A DNA stretch of 64,000 nt, from assembly GCF_018350175.1 (NCBI RefSeq), contig NC_058368.1, positions 215,390,001 through 215,454,000 of the forward strand, read 5' to 3'. Under the pieces are notes generated by a model that made no database searches, was not told the DNA's origin, and saw only the letters and a program-made list of their open reading frames with translations. The first letter of the stretch is position 1. Every line of letters starts with the position of its first letter. Source of the stretch: Felis catus. Lineage: Eukaryota. Shown piece after piece: positions 1-12,807 of this stretch. Made by a program: the position numbers and the translations under genes.

Positions 1-685
1 TTGAATATATCCTGCCATTCCTTTCTGGCCTGCCAAGTTTCTGTGGATAGGTCTGCTGCAAACCTGATTTGTCTTCCCTTGTAGTTTAGGGACTTTTTTT
101 CCATTGATGCTTTAGTGATTCCCTCCTTGCCTGAGTATTTTGTGAATTTGACTATGTTATGCCTTTTTGATGGTCGGTGTTCGTTGAATCTAATGGGGGT
201 TCTCTGTGCTTCCTGGATTTTGATGTCTGTGTCTTTCCCCAGGTTAGAAAACTTTTTCACTATGATTCTTTCACATTACCCTTCTACCCCTATTTCTCTC
301 TCTTCCTCTTCTGGGACCCCTATGATTCTGATGTTGTTCCTTTTTAATGAGTCACTGATTTCTCTAATTCCTAAGTTGTGCTCTTTTGCCTTAATCTCCC
401 TCTTTTTTTCTGCTTCGTTATTCTGTATAAGTTTGTCCTCTATATTGCTGATTCTCTGTTCTGCCTCATCCGTCCTTGCCACTGCTGCATCCATCCGTGA
501 TTGCAGCTCAGTTATAACGTTTCTAATTTCATTATGACTATTTTTTATTTCTTTTATCTCTGCAGAAAGAGATTCTAATCTATTTTCAACTCCAGCTAGT
601 ATTCTTATTATCATGATTCTAAATTCTGGTTCAGACATCTTGCTTGTATCTCTGTTGGTTAAATGCCTGGCTGTCATTTCTTTGT

Positions 686-721
<36 letters not shown>

Positions 722-799
722 TGTATCTATGTTGGTTAAATCCCTGGCTGTCATCTCTTCGTGCTCTTTTTTGGAGGGTGAATTCCTTCATTTTGTCAT
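1..799 (-). pseudogene. Disrupted L1 ORF1p
   Basis: ATG at 799 followed by ACA AAA TGA; internal 50-bp duplication plus poly(A); stop at 276; ORF1p-like peptide SKMSEPEFRIMIIRILAGVE...KRNNIRIIGVPEEEERE. Confidence 0.85.
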
Positions 800-1002
800 T
801 TTGAAGGGATAAAAGGAATTAATGAGGTAGAAAAATTAAAATTAAAAAAAGTTAAAAAAATATTAAAATTAAAAAATTAAACACACACACACACACACAC
901 ACAAACTAATAAATTATGCTAGATCCTAGGTGTGTTTTTTTCTGGGTGTTGAAAGTGGTTTGACATATTAGAGAAAAAAAAGGGGGGGGGGAAGAAAAGG
1001 AA

Positions 1003-1615
1003 ATCGTTTGGGAATTTGAAAAAATGAATACACTGAAGCAGACTAAAATGAGATGATGGGAATAAAATAGAATTTGAAAAACATTACACAAAATTAAAGA
1101 ATATAGTAGAAAAAAATTAAATAAAAATAGTTTTAATAAAAATTAAAAATAAAAGTGATTTTTTCTTTCTGTATTCAAGAAAAAGAAATGAAAAAGCGAA
1201 AAAAATCATTTGAAAAGTTGAAAAAGTGAATGCACTTTAGCAGACTAAAATAAAATGATGGAAGTAAAATAGAATTTGAAAAAACTTACATAAAAGCAAA
1301 AAAATAGTAAAAAAAATTAAAGAAAAATATTTTTTTATAGAAATGGAATGTAAAAAATGAAGTTTTTTCTCTTTCTGCATTCAAGAAAAAAAAAAGAATC
1401 AAACGAGAAAAAAGAAAAAGAAATAAGAAAAAAGAAATCGCTTGAACATTTGAAAAGGTGAATACACTGAAGTAGACTAAAATAAAATGATGGAAGTAAG
1501 ATAGAATTTTAAAAAAATTGCACAAAAGTAAAGAATATACTAAAAAATAAAAATATTTTTAATAAAAATTGAAAATAAAAATGATTTTTTTCTCTTTCTG
1601 TATTCAAGAAAAAGA
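1003..1615. repeat. Three ~200-235 bp AT-rich tandem units in the L1 5'UTR
   Basis: Motif gaatacactgaagcagactaaaat...aaatagaatttgaaaaa...ctttctgtattcaagaaaaa recurs near 1020, 1225 and 1455. Confidence 0.85.
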
Positions 1616-2908
1616 AAAGTAGTGTAAAAGAGAAAAAAAGAAAGAAAATTGAATAGATGGACCTGCTAATAGATTGAAATAGGACTGAAATTACTTCGTT
1701 TTCCTCTATAAGTCATACTATGTAGGTCTTTATAGTCCATAAACTAAGTAGGCGGTGAGACTTGTGTTCTTGAAGAGTGAGGTTGGCCCAGTTGGGCAGG
1801 GCTCAGTGTAATGGCTCTGTTCTCCACTAGATGGCACTGCTAGCCTACTGGGGTGGATTGTAGCCGCGCTTGTAGGTGCCTATGTGCATGCGTGGGGGCA
1901 GTGAAAATGGCATCACACAGCTACCCAGTCTGCAGTATCAGAACTCTGTTCTCTCTGATCAGCAATTGCACACCTGTCCTCTGTCTTCAGCTTTCATCCA
2001 CCTCCCACTTTCCCACTGTCCATGACCAAGCCCCAGGCAGTACCTCTCTCCTGAGTTTTGTCACAGATGCGGCTGCCTCCCCCGGCCCCTTACCTCTGAA
2101 GGACCGCAGGCTTGACCCTCTCCACCCCTCAGCGGGAGAGTCTCACCAAGCAATGGCGTATGAGCAATGGCTGAATATCAGCTGCAACCAGGAATGCTTG
2201 CTGGACCCCGCTGCTGCCAGTGCCCTGAGACTACGGCCAGGTGCCAGCCCGCCCCAGAAAAAGTTTGAGAGATACTGTAGCAGCACCTTTGAGGGATTTT
2301 GGAAAATTACAACACACATCTGACACTAGGCTTCACCCTTAACGACCTTGTTCCAGCAACAGTGAATGTTGTCATTTTCAGGGGTCTGCTGGGACCAGGT
2401 GGCTTCAACAGTCTCTACCAAATGTGCTTCCAGCAGTGGAACCACTTTTCCCTATGTGGCCCGAGAACCTCCCGGACCCCACTCTTTTCCTGGGGATTCG
2501 CCCTTCCCGCCAGAGAACCGCCAGTTATCAAGCTGCGGAGTTGCAGACTTTGCACTCCCCCTGTTTACAGTCTTAGTGGAATTTAAACCCTCTCCTTTCT
2601 CCTTTCTCCTTTCTTTTTAGTTTAGTATCTGAGGCTGTTTCCAATTTAAAACGTTCTTTCCAGCTGCTTTTGGGGAGGGGTGCTTTTCCCGCATCTGCCC
2701 CCCCCCCCAGTCTCCGTCCTCTCTCCTCCTGAAAAAGTGGCTCCCAGCCCACTGCTGGCTTCTCTCTCCCCAAGTTCACCTCTCCGCACCACATACCTGC
2801 TGAATTCTGTGGTTCAGGTTGTGCACATTGTTGTGTTAATCCTCCAATCAGTTTTCTAGGTGTGTAGGATGGTTTCGTGTTGGTCTGGCTATATTTTGTG
2901 GGCCAGAC

Positions 2909-3110
2909 TGTATTGCGTTATTAAAAGAGTACATCTTAAAAGTTCTCATCACAAGAAAAAAAATTTGTAAATACGTATGGTGATAGAAGTTAACTACACT
3001 TCTTGTAGTGATCATTTTACAATGTATAAATATCAAATTGTTGCCTTGTATATTGGAAACTAATATAATGATATATGTAAATTATACCTCTATTTAAATA
3101 AAAGAAAAAA
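2909..3110 (+). mobile_element. L1 3' end fragment (L1MA/L1_Carn-like)
   Basis: Typical 3'UTR text catcttaaaagttctcatcacaagaaaaaa...gaaactaatataatg...attatacctc plus A-rich tail. Confidence 0.8.
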
Positions 3111-5287
3111 CCCAAATGAGTCACATTTCTTTTCACAAAACTGATCTCTCTGAAAAAGAAATTAAGAGAGCAGTCCCATTCACAATAACAACAAAAATAA
3201 AATACTAAGGAATAAATATAACCAAAGAAGTGAGGACTTGTACATTAAAAATTACAAAATATTGATGAAATAAATCATATACAGACAAATGGAAAGGCAT
3301 TCAGTTTTCATGGATTAGAAGAATTAATAAAGTGATCACTACCCAAAGAGATCTACAGATTCCATTCAATCCCTATTAAAATCTCAATGGCATTCTTCAA
3401 ATAAATAGAAAAAAAATCTAAAATTCATATGGATCCATAAATGACTTTGAATAGCCAAATCAGTCTTGAGCAAGAAGAATAAAGCTGGAGGGATCACACT
3501 TCTTGATTTGAAAATATATCAGAAAGCTTCAGTAATCAAAACGAGTATAGTACTGCTCTAAAAACAAACGCATAGACCAGTGAAAAGAACAGAGAGCCCA
3601 AAAATGAATTCACAATTCTAAGGTAAACTGCTCTTAACAAAGGTTCCAAGAACACACAGTAGGGACAGGAAATTTCTTTTATAAATGGTGTTGATAAAAC
3701 TGAATATCAACATGCAAAAGAATGAAATTGGATACTTAGCTTACACCATGTACAAAAATCAACTCAAAATGGATTAAAGTCTTAAATGTAGATCTGAATC
3801 TATATTATTACTTTAATAAAACATAAGTAAAAAGTGTCCTGACATCAGTCCTGGCAATGCATTTTGAATATGACATCGAAATCACAGGAAACAAAAGCAA
3901 ACAAGTGGGACTTTGTCAAACTGAACAGCTTCTGCACAGCAAATAATCAACAAAGTGAGACAGCAACCTAAGTATGGAAAAAAGTATTTGCAAACCATAT
4001 ATCTGATAAGAAGTTAATACCCCAAATACATAAGGGACTCATATAACTCAACAGCAAAGTAGTAATAACAAGAATTCAATTTAAAAATGGACAAAGGCCC
4101 TCAATACAAATTTCTCAAAGTCATCAACATGTCCAAAAGGGGCATAAAAGGGTGTTCAACATCACTAATCTTCAAGAAATTCAAATTAAAATCACAATCA
4201 GGCACGCCTGGGTGGCTCAGTCGGTCAAGCACCTGATTCTTGATTTTGGCTCAGGTCATGATCTCACAGGGGGTTCTGCTGTCAGTGTAAAGCCGGCTTG
4301 GGTGTCTCTTTCCCTCTCTCCCTGCCCCCCCTCTTCCCCATTCTCTTTCTCTCAAAATAAACAAGTACACTTAAGAAGAAAACTACAATGAGATATCACC
4401 TCGTACCTATTACAGTGAAAAAAAGGTCAAGAGATAAAAAGTGTTGACGAAGCTATGGAGAAAAGGGAACCCTTGCACACTATCGGTAGGAATGTGCCGA
4501 TTGTGGAAGAGTGTGGGGGTTCTGCAAAAAATTAAAAATAGAGATATCTTATGATCCAACAATCCCACTTTTGAATATATATCCAAAGAAATGAAATCAG
4601 TGCCTTAAAGAGATATCTTCACTCTTCTGTTCATTGCAGTATTATTCATAATAGCCAAGATATGCAAGCAACCTAAATGTCCATCAACAGTTGAATGAAT
4701 AAATAAAATGTGGTTTTTATAATGTGAGTATATAATGGAATATTATTCAGCTTTACAAAAGAAGGGGACTCTGCCATTTGTGACAACATGGATGAACCTG
4801 GAGGACATTATACTAAGTGAAATAAGCCAGACACAGGACACAGAAAGGTGATCTACCTTATGTATGGAATCTAAAATAGACAAAATCATAGAAGCAGAGA
4901 CTAGAATGCTAGTTTCCGGGGGGTAGATCTGGATAAGGAAGCAGGGAGCTGTTGACCAAAGAGTACATAATTTCAGTTATGCAAGATGAACAGTTTTTGG
5001 AGATCTAATGTAGAGCAGAGTGACTATAGTTAACAATACTTATTGGGTACTTGAAATTTGCTGACAGAATAAATCTTGTGTTCTTACCATGTGCACACTT
5101 ACACACACACACACACACACACATACACAAGCAAATGGTAACTCTGTGAGGAGGTAGATCTGTTCATTAGCTTGATTATGGTGATTATTCTCCAATGTTT
5201 ACATATATCAAAACATCACGTTATGTGCCTTTAAATATATATAATTTTATTTGTCAATTATGCCTCAATAAATGAGCTGGGAAAAAT
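3111..5287 (+). mobile_element. Old L1MA-like element, ORF2 3' half plus 3'UTR (degraded)
   Basis: ORF2-like segments (aaagctggagggatcacacttcttgattt; aaaatcaactcaaaatggattaaag) and 3'UTR ending tatgcctcaataaatgagctgggaaaaa; SINE inserted at 4201. Confidence 0.88.
4201..4376 (+). mobile_element. Can-SINE (SINEC)
   Basis: cgcctgggtggctcagtcgg head, CT-rich tract, aaaataaa tail. Confidence 0.85.
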
Positions 5288-5291
5288 AAGA

Positions 5292-5331
<40 letters not shown>

Positions 5332-5519
5332 AAAGATATTTGTATAGTTAATTTTCCTATAAACTTTAAAGTAATTTTAGTGATATTTAACTCACCCCTA
5401 CCATGGAATAAGACATAAAACTTTTTGATTAATTTTGCAAAGTAAAAATAGAGCAGAGTGAAAATATTATGGTTAAAGCCTAGTCCTATATAATATATAA
5501 CTGATATATCTGTATATAC

Positions 5520-6355
5520 CATACTATATGGTACTGTAGCAATGTATTGAGAGCATGGTATGTTATAGCAATGTAGGATTTATCTCGAGATTGAAAAGTT
5601 AGCTCAATACCTGGAATGCCATCAGTACATCTCATTATATCCATAAAATAATATATCAGTACCTGTTTCTCATGTGCAAACAAATTTCTTGGTAGCACTT
5701 AAAAATAATTTATAATAAAATGTCTAAGCAAAATGGTAATTGCAATCAAAATCATTTATCAAATTTTAATAGCAAGCACCACGTTAGGTAAGGGAACTTT
5801 AAAGTCTTCACCAAGGAAAAGTAGGATAAAGACAGAGAAGAATGACATCCACATTATGCAGTATTCTAAGTTTTGTCGCAATTAATAAGGTACATTGAAA
5901 TAGTTTTTATAAATATAAAAAAATGAAGAGAGAGAATATATATCTTTTTGAAGACATGATTTTTATGCCTAAAAAACTAAGAGACTCAAATAAATTCTTA
6001 GCAAATATAATAATGGGAAAAAAAGAAAATGTAATAATGGATATAGAGCGATCGAACAGATGCAAAAAATAATTTATTACTTGGTCTCTCCTATTAGAAG
6101 TAGTAACAGAATTTTAAAAAATCCATTAACACAGTAGAAAAGCTGTAAGATACTTTGGAATAAACTTAGAGGAAAAGTACCTAACTTTTATGAATAAACC
6201 AATACAGTTTTATTGAAGGATATAAAACAAGACCAAAACAAAAAGAAGAAACATACCATATTGTTTGATGGAAACATACATGTTTATAAAAATGTTGATA
6301 TTTCCATAATTATATTAAAAATTCAACGTGATTCTAATTTGAAATCACTTTTTAA
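5520..6355 (+). mobile_element. Ancient L1M ORF2 fragment
   Basis: Highly degraded A-rich ORF2-like text (gaagacatgattttt..., gatactttggaataaactta, acataccatattg). Confidence 0.6.
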
Positions 6356-6469
6356 AGTTATGCTATAACCTTAAGCCAAGGCAAAAGTTTTTCTTTGCTT
6401 ATTTTGTGTTTTGTTTGTAAACTGGGAACCATTTATTGTGTGTGATAAGAAGCTTATGTACAAAAAATA

Positions 6470-7445
6470 CGGGGCGGGGGGGACTTTCCAGTCCACCGTG
6501 TGTGGTGAGGGGCTGGAAAGTGAGCCTGATAGAGAGTCAGGAGAAGTTCTTTGAAATTGACTCAACTTTTACAATGTGTCTCATGGCAACTAGCCTCTGG
6601 GACACATGGGCAAACCAGCAGACAAGATTGACTGTAAAAGCCAAGAATTTTTCCTGCAGTGGACTCTGACCAGATTTGGCAGGGACATAACATATCTCCT
6701 GTGACCTATATTCAAGCCCTGCTTTCTCTGTGATCTTGTACATGTCCTCCAGTTCCTTGTTTGAGACCAGGAGGTTGGTGGTGGGTCATATTGCCTAACT
6801 GCTCACAAAATTATTTTAAAAGAATGGTTAGTTGGGAATTTTCTAGATTTTAACATGTAATATAGCTTAAAATAACTAAGAGACCCCAGAAAGCTATAGA
6901 CAAAGTATCCAGTCATAACAAGGACAAATGACACATTCAGAAAAATGGAAACTGAGAGAATTTTTTGCCAGTGGAACTGTATTAAAAGAAATACTAAATG
7001 GTGTTTTTCAGGCTGAGGAGAAACACCACCCACTGGAACTCCCATGTAAAGGGAGGAATGAGAAAAACAGAAGTTTTAATTATTTAAATAAACACGAAAA
7101 AGAATCCAGCATTTTTTCCTGCTCTTAATTTAGATGAAAACAGCTGACTACGTTAAGCCAAAACAATTCAAAACAATTACAGTGTACTATATGATATAAC
7201 TCTCCCTAGGCAACAAACAAATAATAAATAATAAGAGTATAAGTCAATGAAATAAAAAATATTCGATATAAATATAATTAACAGAGACAAATTTTTTCGC
7301 TTGTGAAAAACAATTAACAAGATTGGTAGAATTTTAACATGAGGAAGACAAAGGGAGAGAAAGAGTGTGGCTGCATGAGTGTGAGAACACCATCACTAAG
7401 GAGTAAAAAGATTTATTACTACAATCCTGTTGATTTTTAGAAGGA
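6470..7445 (+). mobile_element. Ancient L1M/HAL1-like 5' region and ORF1 C-terminal remnant
   Basis: ORF 6928-7128 'KLREFFASGTVLKEILNGVFQAE' resembles the L1 ORF1p C-terminus. Confidence 0.6.
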
Positions 7446-8577
7446 AGCCCAGAGTGGGCTGATGCACTACAATCCAGAGGAGTGTAGTTTGAGAAAAGTC
7501 AAGCAGGGAGATTTCCGGTAAGATATCCGGCAGTGACATACGTGACCCTTAGATTTGGCAATGGAAGGTTTTCTGGGGTCCCAAACTTTTGGGAGAAGAA
7601 GACGAGCCATGCCAGATTGTAGTTAAATTAACTGTAGTGTTTGGATGATGGTTTGAAAAAATTTTATATGCAGACAGCTTATTCAAGAAATTTGTGGAGT
7701 AGAAGGCAAGAGTACAGTCTAGCAGGAAAGGGGTATATACAGTCAATACAAATTGTTTCCTTCTTTCTTCTTTTAATCTTTTTAATTGAAAAATTGAATG
7801 TGTTTACACATCTGCAAAGAAATTGGCCCACAGGACAATTGAATATTATTTCCCAGCTCTGTAAAAAAAATACATGGGGATAAATAATATGACATCAGTT
7901 GTTTTTATCATCTGAAAAACCTTGCTGCAAAGGGACAATAATCTTGGTTAAATGTAAAATATAATGTTATTTTGTTTGTTTGCGTTCACCTTCCTTTCAA
8001 TAATAAGAGCTCTATTAAGGATTTATAATTGTGGCTTATTGAATATAGCATTCACAATGAAACTGACAGCCAATTAGTCAAGGATCTGTTGAATTAAGTA
8101 AAACTGCAATTTACATGCTATAAACAAAATGAAAGGGGAAAAAAACAGCATTAGTTAAGAGATAAAAAGATTAGAAAATCTTGTAGGCAACTGACCTTTG
8201 TTTCAGATGAATGCATTTCTGTACATACAGATACATTTAAGAGTAGTAAATGTATCTTGAATTCAATAGATAAAATGGCCAAAAGTCTATAATTATATTG
8301 TTCATTGTGTTAGGCAATTATTGTCAGTTTTAATGCTTCAGCACTGTATCATGCCTTAGGCAAATACTCTCTGTGTTCATGAATATTGGAGAGAGCAAGT
8401 CATAAATCTGTAAACTGAACATAAGCATCTTTCAAGCTGTCTGGCCTCTTGCAGTGTTTGCAAAGCTTAACATATATTTTAATCTGTGCTCTGCTGTTTT
8501 TATTTGCTGCTTTCCATCTTTCTGTCCATCTTCTTGCCTCCTGTCTTTCCATCGATCCATCATTTTTTCCAATTAAG

Positions 8578-9200
8578 GGCAAGCTAGATGACAGACATGA
8601 CAGGCACTCACTGTCCAATGCCACAGATTCTAAGTAGAAGTAATTACTGTGTATAAAGCTGAAGCAGTGCACCAATGCTGCCACCATAGGTCCCCACGAC
8701 AGTAGCCCACTTGTTTGAGTAATAGGCATACGGATGACGTGAAAGGTGGGGAATACTGAACACAGCCTCAGAAATGATCTTTTAAGATTAATCCCTTTTC
8801 CTTTTGACCCACTGAAAGTAAAACTTATGTTTCTCCAAATTTATAATTGAAGAAATTATTTCATAATGCATACTGGTATACTCTGAACAATTCAGCCCTG
8901 GAGGGAAAGATTTTTGGAAAAATGCTATAGGCTTTATGTGCAGAAATATCCTTGATTTTCTCTTGTTATAGGACTTGTCATTAGAAATAAGGAAACAGTA
9001 CCTTGCAGCTGAGCTATAATAATGATATCTATTTATTCAGCCATGCGTACAGAGTGAATTGTGTATAAAATGTTGGACAGAGGCAAATACATACACATAA
9101 TTTGTACGTATCACCATGTATGATTTATATGTATTTAGTAAGCTCAGAAGATATTTTTGGTTTGTGACTCTGTAATAAAAGATGTATCAGTTTTTAAACC
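8578..9200 (+). other. Candidate (alternative) 3'-terminal exon of an unidentified host gene; phase-0 reading GKLDDRHDRHSLSNATDSK*
   Basis: 110-nt AG-free pyrimidine tract 8466-8575 with CTTAAC branch-like motif; AAG|G acceptor; stops in all frames within 60 nt; several TGTA motifs and AATAAA at 9174 (second at 9307). Confidence 0.45.
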
Positions 9201-10249
9201 AATGTATTAATCCTTGGTCCCTTTAGATGAAAACAGTGAGTTAGGGGTCCTGTTAGAAATGCAAGATTTGTGAGATTCACAAGAAAAATACATCCAAATT
9301 GTGTTTAATAAAATAATGATATCAGAGTAGACTGTAAGCAATCATTTTACTTGTTATAGTGTGGTATAACTTGAGATGTAATTTTTGTAAAGAAGCAGGA
9401 GACACCACTCTACAAATGATATAAAAGCTGTCCCAATGTCAAAATTGTTGTCTTTAATACAGTTCATCCAATTAAGGGGGGCTGAATTTGCCTTGGGGAG
9501 ATAACTGTTTCTGTGTTTGGGGTAGAAAATTCACAAGATAGATCTGGTGCATACTACTACACCAGAAAAAAACATGGCTGTTCAAAATTAAGAGAGTCAT
9601 GTCAGGAGGATCCAAGAGTTAGTTTTAATAGAAACTTATAGGCCGATATAAGATAGTTTGAATTTTTAAAAAAAAAAATGACTATACAATTGATTAAATC
9701 TCTTTAAGTATAGAAAATGAGTTCATAAAGACATTCATGAAAAGAAAAAAGTAGCATATGAAAATGACAAAAATCATTAGCGTTCACTAAAGCATCAACT
9801 CATTACTCTGAAAATAGATTAATGGTAAAGAAATACACATTTTACTATCTTTCTGGTAGGAATTCATTTTAGGATCATTGCATAACTTCGAAAGTCACTT
9901 TTCTTAAAAATGAAATCTAGGTCATAAAGAAGAAATTATCAAATTTAAGTAACTTTCTTTTGCAATTTATATTGAAATACATAATCTAATCAACAGTCAT
10001 GATGGCTGATACCATTGTGCTAAGGTAGAGTGTTAGCGGGAAGTATTATAATAAAGGAGTTAGGTCTCTACTGGAAAGCATTACAATCTTAGCATCAGAG
10101 AGAGGTTAGTTACTATGAAGGAAATAGCCTTAGCTTCAAGTTTCCTTATTTGCATTTGCCACTTCCAAGCTCTGAGAGACCAGAGCAATGTGTGAAGTTT
10201 GCAGTAACTAGTTAGGGTTTTGTTTTGTTTTGTTTTTTAATTTTAATTG

Positions 10250-10289
<40 letters not shown>

Positions 10290-10313
10290 GTATGTATGAT
10301 TTCCTTATTATTT

Positions 10314-10534
10314 TTTTCTTTCAAAAACTTTTTAATGTTTATTTATTTTTGAGAAAGACACAGTGTGAGCAGAGGAGGGGCAGAGAGAGAGGGAGACACA
10401 GACTTCAGAGCAAGCTCCATCCAGGTTCTGAGCTGTCAGCACAGAGCCCAATGCAGGGCTCAAACTCATAAACCACAAGATCATGACCTGAGCGGAAGTC
10501 AGATGCTTAACGGACTGAGCCACCCAGATGCTCC
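10314..10534 (-). mobile_element. Can-SINE with TSD
   Basis: Reverse SINEC body; TSD atttccttattattt at 10299-10313 and 10535-10549. Confidence 0.92.
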
Positions 10535-10622
10535 ATTTCCTTATTATTTCTAACTAAATACTTATACTAGTAATTTTTTTTTGGTAATTTTTAATTTTTT
10601 AATGTGTTTGTTTGTTACACAG

Positions 10623-10655
10623 GAGACTTCCAGTTGTAAGAGCTCCAGGCTTCAG
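10623..10655 (+). other. Candidate 33-nt micro-exon (ETSSCKSSRLQ if phase 0)
   Basis: T-rich AG-free tract ending ttacacag|, donor CAG|gtaatt, length divisible by 3. Confidence 0.3.
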
Positions 10656-10789
10656 GTAATTTGGATTCATTCGTTATTAGAACCACTAGATTTGAGACAA
10701 ACATTACGTGTTTCCCCATGTTATGCAATGCAACCATCCAAAACTACTCCAAAACTCTTGCCAACAGTTTTGAAACTTAATGTATTCAA

Positions 10790-11300
10790 ACCTTTATATC
10801 TATTGTTCAGAAACATTCAGAAAATATGAAGAACAAAGGAAAAAGTTAAACTATCCCATAAGGAAACAATTCATAAAATTCAAAATATTGAGTATACTAT
10901 AAAATAATTGAATACATTTTTAAAAACTATTAGTGGAATAGAATAACAAAAAATCAGAATGTTGGATTGCATGTTTTTTATGCTGAAGTAACAAGAAATA
11001 TTTTTTATAAGGAATAGTGTAAGTTGATTATGGATTATTATATAATATTCACAAATCATAAAATGTATGATATGAAAATATGATTGTATTTATGTAAGAA
11101 ATATTTTTATTATTATTTTTGAAATTCATGCTAATTTTAAAATTGTTCGGTTTAAAGAACAAATATTTGGGGATAGCTTTGAAACATGTGGAAAAACATG
11201 TTTTGTTAAAGCTTGTTGATGAGTTCCTAAGAGTAACTGACCTTTCTGCTGAATAGTTGAAAATATTGAAAATTTGTGAATATTTGGAAATTTTATAATT
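10790..11300 (+). mobile_element. Old L1MC-like 3' fragment
   Basis: Degraded L1MC-type 3'UTR text (cagaaaatatgaagaacaaaggaaaaagttaaact...). Confidence 0.5.
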
Positions 11301-11364
11301 CAAAAATATTTAAAGCTTTTCTCACAAGCTTTCTATCTACTTACACCATCACTGAGTGGTATTT

Positions 11365-12515
11365 ATTTCTGGCATGCCAGGATGGGTAAGCATGTTAACA
11401 AATATAGGCAAAAAGGGAAAAATACAGATAAATTGGACCACATCAAAATTAAAAGCATTTGTGCATCAGAGGATACTATCAGGGTGAAATGTAATCGACA
11501 GAGTGGAAGAAAATATTGGCAAATTATATATCCTATAAGGGAGAGATATCCATGATATATAAAGATCTACATCTCAACAATAAGCATACAGGAAACCCAA
11601 TTAAAGTATAAAGGACTTGAGTGGACATTTCTCCAGGGAGATTCTAGAAGTAGCCCCTGAGCACATGAGAACATGTTAAACATCACTAGCCTTGGGGGAA
11701 ACTTGGATCAAGACTATGATGGCATGACACTACATGCTCTGGGATGGCTGTTATCAAGGAAAACAAAACAAAACAAAACGAAATAAACAAAACAAAACAA
11801 AACAAAATACCAAGTGTAGGTAAAGATATGGAGAGGTTGGAATCCTTGGGCATTACTGATGGGAACATAAAATTTTGCAGTGGGTATGGAGGAAAGTACG
11901 TGTGTTCCTCATAAGTTGCACTTGTAATTACCTTGTGATACAGCATTTCCACTTCTGGGTATGTACCCATAAGAGGTGGAATGAGGACTTGAAAAGATGC
12001 TGGTATGGTCATGTTCGTGGCAGTATTTTTCACAGCAGCCAAGGAGTAGAAGCAACCCAGGCGTGCATCCAAGACTAAGAGGATAAAATGCAGCCTACAC
12101 ATACTTTAGACTATTGCTCAGACCTGAAAGAGAAGGAAATCCTGGCATATGCTACAGTTTAGATGCACCTTGCAGATGTTACACTAGATGAAGTAGGCCA
12201 GTCTCAGAAGGATAAGTATTGTATGATTCCACTTGTGTGGAAGTGCCTAGGATGGTGAGTTTCATAGAGACAGACAGACAGATGGTGGGATAGTAGTTAC
12301 TAGGGGCTGCAGGGAGGGGAAAATGAGGAGTTGGTATTTAATGGGTACAGAATTTCAGTTGAGGAGGATGGAGAGGTTCTGGGAAAGGATGGTGGTGATG
12401 GTTACGCTGAAGTGTGGGTGTGCTTGAGGTACAGCTTGATGCTGGAAATGATGAGAATTGTGGATTTTCCATTGTGTGTATTTTGTCACAACAGACAAAA
12501 AAAGAAAACAATTTA
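11365..12515 (+). mobile_element. L1MB-like 3' end
   Basis: ORF2 end plus 3'UTR with gtatttaatgggtacagaatttcagtt...gttctgggaaaggatggtggtgatggtt and A tail. Confidence 0.85.
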
Positions 12516-12807
12516 ACAAAATAAATTCGAAAAAATCAGAAATATACCACGTACACATAAAAATACTATGCTTACAAAACCACATTAGCTTTATATTTAT
12601 GGGCTCATATTTATCATTTCACAGGAATTTTTGGTGGTAAGTGTGGATTGCTGCTTTTCACACTCATTAATAAATAGCATAGACTCCTTTGGGGACCTCT
12701 CTGAATTTTCACATGTCCAATATCACATCAGAAACAAAGGCCCACCACTAAAAGAAAAAAATTTAAAAAGAAAAAAAAATATATCATCTGTTATATATGC
12801 ACTTATA

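Larger units (their letters stand above)
1..2908 (-). mobile_element. Carnivore L1 (LINE-1), 5' portion: 5'UTR plus ORF1; continues beyond window start
   Basis: Minus ORF 276-791 encodes L1 ORF1p-like coiled coil and 'RNNIRIIGVPEEEE' motif; followed by AT-rich tandem region and GC-richer 5'UTR ending ~2908. Confidence 0.92.

Noticed and set aside
115..537. 140-aa hydrophobic ORF
   Set aside because: Antisense reading of L1 ORF1.
1003..1615. Spaced repeats superficially like a CRISPR array
   Set aside because: Long degenerate tandem units of an L1 5'UTR in a mammalian genome; no unique spacers or cas genes.
1853..2794. Several ORFs and GC-richer sequence resembling a gene or promoter
   Set aside because: Lies within the L1 5'UTR; peptides unrecognisable.
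8400..8729. 109-aa minus-strand ORF
   Set aside because: No recognisable protein or splice context; plus-strand splice signals explain the region better.
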